Below are positions 1 to 9,818 of a stretch of 64,000 nucleotides of DNA, piece by piece (position 1 is the first letter of the stretch; the number at the start of each line of letters is the position of its first letter). The stretch comes from Amphiscolops sp. MND2022. Taxonomy: Eukaryota. Under the pieces are notes generated by a model. That model was not told the DNA's origin and did no database searches. It saw nothing but the letters and a program-made list of their open reading frames with translations. The stretch is from assembly GCA_964187785.1 (NCBI GenBank), contig OZ076410.1, positions 30,008,001 through 30,072,000 on the forward strand. Direction: 5' to 3'. The position numbers and the translations under genes were made by a program.

Positions 1-244
1 GTACCTTAATCCCTTCCCCCCCTTGAGTGTGAGTTATACATATCTACTTAATACTGAGCGCTCTAGTTCCGGTGTCCGCATAAATGATCTTGCCATTAGC
101 CTTAGATGTGCTACTTTTCTTAAATATTGGTTTGTCACGACAAGGGAGAGAAGTTTTCCGGTCAGACTGGACCGCGAGATATAGAAAACGATGAAAGTTA
201 TAACTTCTACTAGCTCCCCGCCTCAGAGTTTGTAGTTGTGACAA

Positions 245-1080
245 ATTTCATCAAAGGTACATCGCAAATTCATCGGTTAATTTAGTGATGGTTCTGATTT
301 GATTTCATTTGAATCCATCAGCGGATTCACTGGTGCTGTTAACAAAGTTCATCGCAATCCCATCTCCGAGATTGCGAATGAACCACGCATGGGACAATAA
401 ACTTTACTTTTCATCATAAATCCATCAGCGGATTTTACGGGACTCATTTTAATTAAACTCATCACTAATTCATCGTTATATTTCATGTAGAAACTCACAA
501 ATGTGCTTCTCATTTCTTAAGGACAGTAAGACATCCTTTATTCATCGTCATACTAGCATAGAAGAGAAATGAGAAAGTACATCCTTAACCCATCCTAAAA
601 AAGAGTGATTGCGCTGGTTATCTGATTTGTTTAGTAAATCCATCATTAATTCATCATGATTTCACCTTGTGTTGAGAATTACTATTTTAGTGGATGAGTT
701 CATCCTAAACTTATCGCTAGTTTGAATTGCTTCAATAGTTGCTGTTTTATTCACGAGTTCATCTTAAATTCATCGCCAAAACTGATCTGCGCTAGAAATA
801 GCATTTTCTGAGTGGATTCATCCTGAATTCATCGTCATTTTAATCAGTGCTGGAAATTGGCAAATTTTATGGAGAGTTCATCCTTTTATCATCGTCAGTT
901 TATATAGTGTTGATTTTCGAGCGAAAAGACCACCATTCATCGCATTTTCATCCAGAGCAAAACTAGACTTGAAAATCAGCAAATATTCTGACAAATTCAT
1001 CGCGTTCCCATCTTTAGTTTTGAAGTATTGATTTTAGTGCTAGAATTAGTTGGAAAACATCGTTTTCTCATCCTGTGATA
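245..1080. repeat. Degenerate ~59-60-bp tandem repeat with a TTCATC...TTCATCG core
   Basis: The core recurs at ~247, 307, 347, 408, 458, 697, 757, 817, 877, 936 and 996, with mostly 59-60-nt spacing in the right half; the rest of each unit is diverged. Confidence 0.6.
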
Positions 1081-1724
1081 CAGTTTACTCTGGTTTGGCT
1101 TGAAATTAGTACATTTTTGAATGATTTGAGTTGCTATAGAAACCATGATGCTGCGTGCAGGTAATTGCGACATTGTAAAGTGATGATTAATCATAATTAG
1201 CATATGTAGATGTACCATGTGGTTCAGCCAACTTGCGGCAGTTCACAACACCGGTCACGTGACTTACCAATTAGCACCAACTGGCAATAGCCAATAAGAG
1301 GCGGCTGGTAAGAGATTTAGCGTCTTACCAGCCTGAAAAGACACGTGAACTGCTGTAAATTGGACCGCCATTAAACATTACTCAGACCGAATTGCGATTA
1401 GCTACCATCCAGTTGGATACTTAACGTCGAATTTCACCAGAAAATACATCTCTATTTCATCACTGAAAACTGCAAAATAGCAAACTAACTACTTTCTCAG
1501 GTACATTTGCAACTGCGATGAAAATTGGATGGACTTTCCTATTCACCTTGCTAATTTCATACTACTTTCCTTACGACTTGCTTATTTATACTAATCATCG
1601 TTAAAACATCTCTGTTCAAATTTAGTGAATTAGAGATTATAAAATCAAATAGAACAGCAAAAATACATCGCAATAACATCTCAGATAATCCAGTCTTCAC
1701 TCATAATCCTTTTCCCTCGTCTAT

Positions 1725-2063
1725 ATGAATCCAGAACAAGGTACAGAGCTCAGAAGTGGTAAAATTATTAGTTCCTCGTCTGAAACATCTATTCCAACTA
1801 ATCCAGACATGGCCCAGTCATCTGCCAATGACTCCGATAGCAACGAAACTTCTGACATCTCTTCTCAGTTGTCTGAAATAAGAGAAAGTTACGAAAGGAA
1901 AATAAACGAGTTACAAAATGAGTTTAGTCAACTGAAGGACTTAATGATGGCCGTTATAAATAAGACAGAGAGTGAAAGTCGGCCATCAACTTCGAAAGGT
2001 CCTTCAAAGCCGACCCACACGGTAAGGCTCGACAATGCCAAACCTTCAACGATCCCATCATAG
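1725..2063 (+). CDS. Gag-like N-terminal fragment (Ser-rich plus coiled coil), probably from an LTR retrotransposon
   Basis: ELRSGK motif near the start and heptad-like segment LSEIRESYERKINELQNEFSQLKDLM; it abuts BEL gag sequence out of frame at ~2030. Confidence 0.45.
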   Translation: MNPEQGTELRSGKIISSSSETSIPTNPDMAQSSANDSDSNETSDISSQLSEIRESYERKINELQNEFSQLKDLMMAVINKTESESRPSTSKGPSKPTHTVRLDNAKPSTIPS

Positions 2064-2077
2064 AAGACAAACTCAAG

Positions 2078-2860
2078 ATGGTGCAATCTAAGTGCTTGTG
2101 CTACAACTGCCTTAGAAAGGGACACACAGCAAGCGAGTGTTCGAGTCAGTATAAGTGTCGGACGTGTGGCAGCAAACACCACACTCTCATTCATCAGCAA
2201 AGGCCGCGGGGTGATGAATCTAGATCTTCAAAGACAAGGGGTTCGGCAAGTGTTAGTAACCATTCTTCTCATACCTTCTCGAAGCAGACCTTGCTGCCTA
2301 CAGCAATGATACCAGTTCAGAGCCGAGCAAATAATTCAGTGTATTGCCGAGCATTTTTCGACTCAGGATCAGAAATCAGTTGTATCACTGAATCATGTGT
2401 TCAAACACTTGGTCTTTCGAAGAAACGCAACTACATGGAGATCAACGGCCTTGGTAGTGAGAACCAGGCCAAATCTCGAGCCACTGTCGACATACCCGTT
2501 ATCGTCGAGCAGAGAATAGTCATTGTGGAGGCTTTCGTCCTCACGAAGATCACAAACAACCTACCTTCAACTCCAGTGCCTCAATCGCAATTCAAGAATC
2601 TTGCAAAATTGAAACTAGCCGATCCTCGATTCAATGAACCGTCGTCAATTGACATCCTCCTCGGAGCGGATGTCATAGAGAAGTTCACACTTGGAGGGAA
2701 GATTCAGGAAAATGAAAACCTTTTTCTGAAAGACACTGTTTTCGGATGGGTAGTGACAGGTCAAACGAAGATTCCTTCGAGTCAAGTGAGATCTCATCAC
2801 GTTTCTAAGACGCCCAGCTCTCTCGCTTCTGGGAGCTGGAAGAACTCCCTGCTGCTATGA
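2078..2860 (+). pseudogene. gag: BEL/Pao gag C-terminus (zinc knuckles) plus aspartic protease
   Basis: CYNCLRKGHTASEC and CRTCGSKHHTLIH knuckles; AFFDSGSEISCI protease motif. A 1-nt frameshift at ~2807 separates it from the pol frame, which reads DAQLSRFWELEE upstream of the Met at 2857. Confidence 0.9.
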
Positions 2861-5800
2861 AATATAGCCAAGAAGAAATCGATTGTGAAGATCACTTCAA
2901 GGAAACTACTACAAGAGATGAAACCGGACGTTTCATTGTCTCCTTGCCCTTCAAACGTGATACAGAACCCCTAGGTGAGAGCCTAGCCATAGCCAGACAG
3001 CGCTTCAATCAGCTTGAGAAGAAGTTGGAGAGAAATCCTGACCTCAAGAAGAAGTATTCAGACTTTATAGAGGAATTCCTCCAAATGGATCACATGGAAA
3101 TAATCCCTTCTGATGAGATCGCAATAGAACCCAATCGATCAAACTATCTTCCTCATCATTGCGTGATAAAAGATAGCAGCACGACCACAAAGCTGCGTGT
3201 CGTATTTGATGGCTCAGCCAAAACATCGAGTAATCGTTCCTTAAACCAGAATCTAATGATTGGTCCAAAGATACAAGACGACATCTTTGGAATTCTCCTA
3301 CGTTTCCAAATCCACGCAGTGACTCTGTCCGCAGACGTGGAGAAAATGTACAGACAAATCAAGCTCGATACTCCCGCGAAAGATTTCCACCGGATCCTGT
3401 GGAAATTTGAATCACAAACAGACGTATCTCATCTGAGAATGAAACGCGTGACGTATGGAATCAGTTCTTCTTCATTTCACTCAATACGCGCACTCCAAGA
3501 AGCTGGACATCAATCGACTGACCCAGATGTTAAAGGACCTATTTTGAACGATTTCTACGTAGATGATCTTCTTACTGGTGCAGAATCAGTAGAGGAAGCC
3601 AAGACACTGCAAGAAAAACTATTGAAGCATTTGAACGAATTCGGACTTCCATTGCGAAAATGGTCATCGTGTGCTCCCCAAGTTGTGGAAGACCTACCTG
3701 AAGCTCTCCGTGAAACCAAGACCGTTCTAGACCTTCAGAAAGATGACTACACAATCAAAACACTCGGAGTTCCGTGGTGTCCCAGCAGCGACACATTCAA
3801 TTTCCAATATCGAGGAATGTACAAAAACGGTTCAACGAAGCGAATCTTACTCTCCGAAATTGCTAAAATTTTTGATCCTATGGGCTGGCTATCACCCTGT
3901 ACAATCAAGTTGAAGATTCTGATACAGAGTACCTGGACACGAGGTTTGAAGTGGGACGAGCCCATTCCTCCAGATATTGACTTGATCTGGAAAGCTACTC
4001 ACGAAGAACTCAAGAATCTTCACGGAATTCGATTTCCTCGACAAGTGTCCTATCACCGGAAGGAAGAAATCCAGCTACATGTCTTCGCAGACGCTTCAGA
4101 GAGTGCCTATGCAGCGGCCATCTACGCCCGAATCACAACCAGTGATAGCATTGAAACAAAGTTGCTCGCAGCGAAGACAAAAGTCGCTCCAGTAAAATCA
4201 GTTAGTCTGCCTCGACTGGAGTTGTGTGCAGCTCTACTAGCTAGCAAGTTGATGAAGACCACCAGCATTGCCTTGGAACGAGGTGGATTCGTCATCAACA
4301 GCAGGGTCGCTTGGACAGATTCTACAATAGTATTAGCATGGATCTCAAGTTTGCCGAGACGATGGAACTGCTTCGTCGCCAACAGAGTTTCACAAATTCA
4401 AGAAGTCTTGCCGCCTAATCAATGGAACCACGTTGGAACCGCTGACAACCCAGCCGATTGTGCCTCACGTGGGTTGGACATACCGAGCCTCAAAGAGTTC
4501 CAATTGTGGTGGAACGGTCCGACTTGGCTGTCTCAAGATTCTACAAATTGGCCCAAGCAGCAACAAATCTCCAAACAGACCGACTTGGAGGTCAAGCAGA
4601 ATAAGCAAGTGCTCTCGATGCCTTCTACGCTCCCTTCAGAGGTAATCCAGATTACTAGATTCTCCTCATCGAAACGACTCTTTCGTACATTTGCACTTGT
4701 TCGGAAGGCGATTGAAATTTTCAAAGAGGGAAAATTTTCCAAGTGTGCTCCCCGATCGATTGACGATATCGAACAAGCTCGTATTGAGATCCTGAGAAGC
4801 GAACAAGCTAAGTCGTTCCAATCCGAGCTAGAAAAGCTGCAGAAAAGACAGGAATTGACTAGAGTTAGCAAAATTCGGAGTTTGAATCCTTTCATTGAAG
4901 ATAACACGGGTCTTCTTCGCCTTGGGGGGAGGTTATCTCAGTCCAACTACCCTTACAGCAAGAAATTCCCCATTCTCCTGGATGGCGACACTCCATTGGC
5001 AAGGCTATTGATCCACGAGGCGCATGAAGAAACACTGCACTCGGCTCAACAACAAACTTTGTTCCATCTTCAGCAAAAATATTGGATTCTCCGCGCTCGA
5101 GTGAAAGTCAAGAATTACATACGAAACTGCATCAAATGCTTCCGATTCAACAGTAAAGCTGTTGAACAGCAAATGGGAGACTTACCCGAGGAACGGATCA
5201 CTCCAACAAGACCGTTCACCAATACAGGGATAGACTTTGCCGGACCTCTCACAATACGAGTCGGACCAAACAAAACTGGCAAGGCCTACGTTGCATTGCT
5301 TATTTGCTTTGCTACCAGAGCAATTCATGTAGAACTTGTGTCAGAGCTTACCACAGATGCCTGCATCGCTGCCTTGAAGCGATTCATCGGTCGACGAGGA
5401 ATCCCGAAGACAATCTTCAGCGACAACGCCACAAACTTTCTGGGGTCCAGAAATGAATTATTAGAAATACAAGAGTTCTGGAGCAACAAGACGAATCTCA
5501 ATGATATCTCAGCATATCTTGAAAACCAGGCTATCAATTGGGTCACCATTCCACCCCGAGCACCCAACTTCGGAGGTCTCTGGGAAGCAGGAATCAAGAG
5601 TACGAAAACCATTCTGAGGAAGATGATGGGGAACATCATTCTTACATACGAACAACTGGCAACCATGCTGATCCAGATCGAAGCGCTCTTGAATTCCAGG
5701 CCCCTGACAGCCCTGTCTGACGACCCCAACGATGGTGACATTCTGACGCCCGGACACTTCCTCATAGGATGCCCATTAACTTCCATACCCGAAAAAACAA

Positions 5801-6141
5801 TGTCACTTGAGAATTTCGAAGTGTGCTCCCTGAAGCACTGGAAGCTGGTGCGTGCCCTTACGCAGCATTTTTGGAGACGATGGATGAAGGAGTACCTGCT
5901 GAGGCATCAGATACGGTCCAAATGGCAAGACCCAGCTCGCAATCTTGAAATTGGTGATGTTGTGTATGTCACCGAGGAAAATCAGAAACCTTTACAGTGG
6001 CCATTGGCGAAGGTTACCAACACCTTCAAGGGAAATGATGGGCTTGTTCGGGTCGTGGAAGTTGTTATGAATGGCCGGAAGTTCACACGACCAGTGAGAA
6101 AGCTCAGAAAACTGCCTCTGCCTAATTCTCAACATAACTGA
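2857..6141 (+). CDS. pol: BEL/Pao Pol: reverse transcriptase, RNase H, integrase
   Basis: Uninterrupted 1094-aa ORF with KLRVVFDGS, ADVEKMYRQI, FYVDD (RT), HVFADASESAY and LPRLELCAA (RNase H), H..H..CIKC zinc finger, and GIDFAGP / SDNATNF / WEAGIKS (DDE integrase). Confidence 0.95.
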   Translation: MKYSQEEIDCEDHFKETTTRDETGRFIVSLPFKRDTEPLGESLAIARQRFNQLEKKLERNPDLKKKYSDFIEEFLQMDHMEIIPSDEIAIEPNRSNYLPHHCVIKDSSTTTKLRVVFDGSAKTSSNRSLNQNLMIGPKIQDDIFGILLRFQIHAVTLSADVEKMYRQIKLDTPAKDFHRILWKFESQTDVSHLRMKRVTYGISSSSFHSIRALQEAGHQSTDPDVKGPILNDFYVDDLLTGAESVEEAKTLQEKLLKHLNEFGLPLRKWSSCAPQVVEDLPEALRETKTVLDLQKDDYTIKTLGVPWCPSSDTFNFQYRGMYKNGSTKRILLSEIAKIFDPMGWLSPCTIKLKILIQSTWTRGLKWDEPIPPDIDLIWKATHEELKNLHGIRFPRQVSYHRKEEIQLHVFADASESAYAAAIYARITTSDSIETKLLAAKTKVAPVKSVSLPRLELCAALLASKLMKTTSIALERGGFVINSRVAWTDSTIVLAWISSLPRRWNCFVANRVSQIQEVLPPNQWNHVGTADNPADCASRGLDIPSLKEFQLWWNGPTWLSQDSTNWPKQQQISKQTDLEVKQNKQVLSMPSTLPSEVIQITRFSSSKRLFRTFALVRKAIEIFKEGKFSKCAPRSIDDIEQARIEILRSEQAKSFQSELEKLQKRQELTRVSKIRSLNPFIEDNTGLLRLGGRLSQSNYPYSKKFPILLDGDTPLARLLIHEAHEETLHSAQQQTLFHLQQKYWILRARVKVKNYIRNCIKCFRFNSKAVEQQMGDLPEERITPTRPFTNTGIDFAGPLTIRVGPNKTGKAYVALLICFATRAIHVELVSELTTDACIAALKRFIGRRGIPKTIFSDNATNFLGSRNELLEIQEFWSNKTNLNDISAYLENQAINWVTIPPRAPNFGGLWEAGIKSTKTILRKMMGNIILTYEQLATMLIQIEALLNSRPLTALSDDPNDGDILTPGHFLIGCPLTSIPEKTMSLENFEVCSLKHWKLVRALTQHFWRRWMKEYLLRHQIRSKWQDPARNLEIGDVVYVTEENQKPLQWPLAKVTNTFKGNDGLVRVVEVVMNGRKFTRPVRKLRKLPLPNSQHN

Positions 6142-6270
6142 TTGACATATCAATTAGTTTACATGCAATGAAGTTATGAAATGACATATCTTACCTCCTA
6201 GTCATAATGACGTCACACTCTGAAAGACCATATATATATTGAGACCATTTATATTGAACTGATAGTCCAA

Positions 6271-6550
6271 GGGGCGGAGTATGTTAACGCCAAAATTTCA
6301 TTTAGTTCAATTTTATTCTAGACATGTTTATCTGACACGTTGCCATGCTGTTCATGCAACTACTCATATTGTTTCACGAATGAAGTTTGATTTTTGTTCA
6401 CACCTTTGTGCGGTAAAATTCATTGGTTTTGTTTTCAACCATTCAGATTAGCTAGTTCCCACATTTCAACTCTGATTATTCCGTTCTTCTAGCATTAATT
6501 GAATCTCTTTCTGTTAAAAACCTCGTTTGAATCAGATTGAATTCAGAGAG
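6271..6550 (+). other. Polypurine tract and probable 3' LTR of the BEL element
   Basis: GGGGCGGAG (6271-6279), TA, then TGTTAACGCC at 6282. There is no second LTR copy to define the right end. Confidence 0.6.
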
Positions 6551-6623
6551 AATTTCCACAGGGAAATATACATTGAATTTCCAAAGGGAAATATACATAA
6601 TTTACACAGGTTTAAAAAATAAA

Positions 6624-6953
6624 CTATGTGTAATAAATTTCTTCGAACGCATCTCTGTCGCTCACAGTTCCTAGAACACAGGCCGCATTGCCGATCTGAA
6701 GAGCCATTGAAATCCGCTGCCTCAAAAAGCTGCCAGCTCGTTGATCGTCGTGCGAAAGACAGAACATTTTACAGAGACGCGTGATGAAAATTTCACTGCT
6801 CTCGCCTATAGAAACCTGTACTTCCATGGCCACCGGTTGAAAAATGTATCCAATGTCTATTAATTCGCGATACTTCTCAATTTTACGCGCTTCAGCCTCG
6901 GTGGCGGTGGTTCCCGGGTTGCATAAAGAGCCTTGATTCAGACGGCTGGGTCA
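6624..6953 (-). mobile_element. 3' fragment of an RLE-type (CRE-like) non-LTR retrotransposon
   Basis: The minus frame reads PSRLNQGSLCNPGTTATEAEARKIEKYRELIDIGYIFQPVAMEVQ...FLRQRISMALQIGNAACVLGT, matching the AExxKxxKY / FxPxAxE / QRISxAxQxGNAA C-terminus of CRE-like elements. Confidence 0.7.
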
Positions 6954-7915
6954 AGAGACCCCAATGTCTGCTTTATGAGAGAATTGGATTCCACAGTACA
7001 CGCTGAAGACAGTAGAACTGAATTGTTAGCTTGACGAAGAATACAGAATGTGCTTATTACTGTTAATTTTGTAGTTTTGAATGTTATTTAGCATATTGGC
7101 GATGATGATGAATCTGATAGATTCCCATTTTGGTGAATTTAGACGTTATTCATCTAATTGAAATGTACTTTAGCTAAACCCTGTTTTTGGACCTCGGAGA
7201 TGTGTAGGACCGCAGGAACCTTTAGGAACGTTTTTACGTGCTTGTGGGACGTGTCCGTACTTTGAGTGTGCCGGCACGTCGCCACGGAGCTCTAATATGA
7301 GGAGTCTCCTAAGACCAGTGGAAAGTCCCTATTGAGACCTTTTCGGGATTGAAATCTAATGTTTAGGTTGTTGTAAGACACTGGTCTCTTGTTGAAGCAA
7401 TCTAAGCATTGTCCCACTTAGAATGTAGCTGTTAGCTTGACGTTACAAAAAGTATTGCAACATGTTCAGACAAGGGGCAGGGACATTTCGTCACCAGCCA
7501 TTTGGGCGACAAAAATTTCTGCCCATGACGCGGAAGCTCAACAGTCTTTAATCGTGAAAGGAAGCTGGCAATGTTTCCATCCTTTCCGAGGTGCCCAGAG
7601 TCAACCTACTACTACTACTGGTCGTACCAGAAATTAAATACAGATTGTTTCAAAAAGTTCGCGAGTCCCCACACACGTTCGTTCGGGTTCAAATCTGGAG
7701 AATGTGGGTGACAATCCAGAATGTGGTCGTGCCGTTTGATTGTACTTGGCGCGCGTCGAAAGGCATGCCTCGGCATGCCTACGGACGGTGGGCGTTAAGA
7801 GTTGAGCGGTTTAAAAGTTTCTTTATATTCAGCTCATAGTTGAGTCAGAGGGGGTATAAAAATAGCTTTCGACGAGAGAACCCAATTACATACAGATTTT
7901 GGGGTGGGCGGAAGT

Positions 7916-8231
7916 AGGTCGAAGGAACGGGATCGAAAATCAGAGTTAGTCCTCAGGTCGACATACCAAATTTTTGAATGGGATCGAAACAACTCTGATC
8001 GAAATTTTTATAACGTAGTAAGATATGTTCACATACCCTAGTGCCCTGAATGCAGGAGCGAAGCGGAGCGACGTGCCATATGGCCATGCCTCAATGTTGC
8101 TACTTGACGAAGGGAGCGAAGCGACCGAGCCATACAACAAATACGATAAAATTCGACCGCATTCCATTCGACCCCTGCAATTCGATCAAAAGGTTCGACC
8201 TCTGTCCTTTCGACCAGAAAAATTCGACCTA
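7916..8231. repeat. Small foldback/MITE-like element with TCGA-rich inverted arms
   Basis: Begins TAGGTCGAA and ends TTCGACCTA; repeated GGTCGA/GATCGAA motifs on the left and TTCGACC/TTCGATC on the right. Confidence 0.35.
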
Positions 8232-8254
8232 TTCACAGCCACCCACCTGATTAA

Positions 8255-8449
8255 ACGTAGCCTCTCGGATATGTCCCCATTTCCTCTAGTGCTCCGCGGC
8301 CTTGTGGCCGCTCATATTCCCATCTTGCTAAGCGAGGTCTAACAGGAGCAAAGACCTAGCGGGAACGGAGATCGCGAAGCGATCGTAGTGGGAGCTGGTC
8401 TTTGCGACGGTGAGAGCGAGCGTGCATACATCGCATATGCCCCACATTA
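8255..8449 (-). repeat. ~190-bp dispersed hairpin-containing repeat, copy 1
   Basis: Reverse complement of 9342-9530 (CTCACCGTCGCAAAGACCAGCTCCCACTACGATCGCTTCGCGATCTCCGTTCCCGCTAGG...); related copies at ~21208-21400 and ~25536-25715. Confidence 0.8.
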
Positions 8450-8527
8450 TGTTCTCGCTTTCAGAACACAAATTAGATCTATAACGGCGTTGTTAGTGAT
8501 AAGTTGAACGATTGGTGAGATTAAATA

Positions 8528-8608
8528 AGCCATTTGGTCTAAGGGTTAAGGCGCTTGACTGCTAGCTAGATCTGTCTTGAGATGCAGGTTCGAGTCCTGT
8601 AATAGCTA
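8528..8608 (+). tRNA. tRNA-Ser(GCT)-like sequence, probably a pseudogene or SINE head
   Basis: A box TGGTCTAAGGG, GTTAAGGCG, loop CTGCTAG (GCT), long variable arm ATCT/AGAT, T arm GCAGG-TTCGAGT-CCTGT, acceptor AGCCATT/AATAGCT with one mismatch, then TTTT. The anticodon stem pairs poorly. Confidence 0.5.
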
Positions 8609-8844
8609 TTTTCTCACAATCATGTCGAGCTTGGGTTGTTAGAGATCATAAAGGGTTCAGACCTAAGTACTTTAGATAAAAATAGATCTGAAAGTTTCAC
8701 CTAACAGTTGGATCTAATTCCATTAGACCCAAGCAATTAGATCAAAGGCGTACACTCCCTCTCACGATTACAGATTAGTTGTATATTGTTGCATTATCTA
8801 AGGCATTCGAGCAAACTTGGATTAGTTAACCTTAAATATTTGAC

Positions 8845-9818
8845 GGGAGACAGGAATTCGGACTAATGAAATAGGACTAATAATCAAAACTGAAATAGGA
8901 CTAATGGAAATAGGACTACTTCTTTTTTAGTGCCGCCTTAGAACTAATGGAAATAGGACTAATTGAAATAGGACTAACACAACTTTTGGCACAGAAAATT
9001 TGCAATTACGGAGATCAAATTGACAAAATTACGACATGTTCAATTGTAAACATCCAACATAAAAGTGGAACAACAAAAAAAACGCAGAAACGGATAAAAA
9101 CATGGTACAAAATTCAAATTGGAAACGTGGAACATGAAAGTAGGAAATGACACTTATACCTCAATGAAAGTAGTACAAAAGTAACGTAATACAATTGATC
9201 AACATGAAATTAATACAATCATTTTTTTTCCTTCTATTGATTTTATAAAAGTGTCAGATCTCAAATCATTTCATTAACGAATAAAATTTTACCTTTCGTA
9301 AATGTCTCACAAAAGTTTCAGTACTGTCCCCTTCTAAATTCGGGGCATATTTGGTGTATGCACGCTCGCCCTCACCGTCGCAAAGACCAGCTCCCACTAC
9401 GATCGCTTCGCGATCTCCGTTCCCGCTAGGTCTTTGCTCCTGTTCGACCTCGCTTAGCAAGACGAGAACATAAGCGGCCCCAAGGGGCCGCGGGGCGCTA
9501 GAGGAAATGGGGAAATATCAAAGGCACGTTTTACACCTTGAAAAACTTTAGATATTATTCCTTTAGATACTATTCCGTTCTCCCCTTGGGTCTCATTCCG
9601 CATTTTAGGTCTTATTCCCACTTTTTTTTAGTTCCAATTCCTGTAACAAATTAGTTCTAATTCCTGTTTTTAGTTCCAATTCCAGTGACAAATTAGTTCT
9701 AATTCCTGTTTGAGAGTATGCGAAATTAGTTCTATTTCACATGAACGTTTCAAAAATTTTGAGCATGTTAGTCCTAATTCCATTAGTTCTATTTCTTTAG
9801 TCCGATTTCCGTTTCCCC
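8845..9818. mobile_element. Non-autonomous Mutator/Foldback-type element with 9-bp TSD
   Basis: ATATTTGAC at 8836-8844 and 9819-9827; imperfect TIRs GGGAGACAGGAATTCGGACTAA / TTAGTCCGATTTCCGTTTCCCC; subterminal arrays of AAATAGGACTAAT on the left and TTAGTTCYAATTCC on the right. Confidence 0.75.
9342..9530 (+). repeat. ~190-bp dispersed hairpin-containing repeat, copy 2 (nested in the foldback element)
   Basis: Inverted match to 8255-8449; hairpins GATCGC-TTC-GCGATC and GCGGCCCC-AA-GGGGCCGC. Confidence 0.8.

Larger units (their letters stand above)
2030..6550 (+). mobile_element. BEL/Pao LTR retrotransposon, 5'-defective (no 5' LTR or gag core in the window)
   Basis: BEL-type zinc knuckles, then protease, RT, RNase H and integrase; purine tract and a TGT-starting 3' LTR follow pol. 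The right end is approximate. Confidence 0.9.

Noticed and set aside
1-243. LTR ending in GTGACA
   Set aside because: Plausible, but there is no second copy, no clear PBS and the left end is outside the window.
1303-1333. Perfect 11-bp hairpin GGCTGGTAAGA/TCTTACCAGCC near CCAAT and CACGTG motifs
   Set aside because: A single instance; it may be part of a retroelement promoter or UTR, but no function can be supported.
3065-5786. Antisense and alternate-frame ORFs over BEL pol (and similar ones over Maverick genes)
   Set aside because: Shadow ORFs of long coding sequences, with no motifs.
7024-7442. Insertion flanked by the 13-bp direct repeat TGTTAGCTTGACG
   Set aside because: The interior has no recognisable termini or coding trace; it cannot be distinguished from a chance or old local duplication.
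9474-9510. Helitron 3' end (hairpin plus CTAG)
   Set aside because: Homology between copies continues past CTAG, the next base is not T, and two copies lack CTAG.
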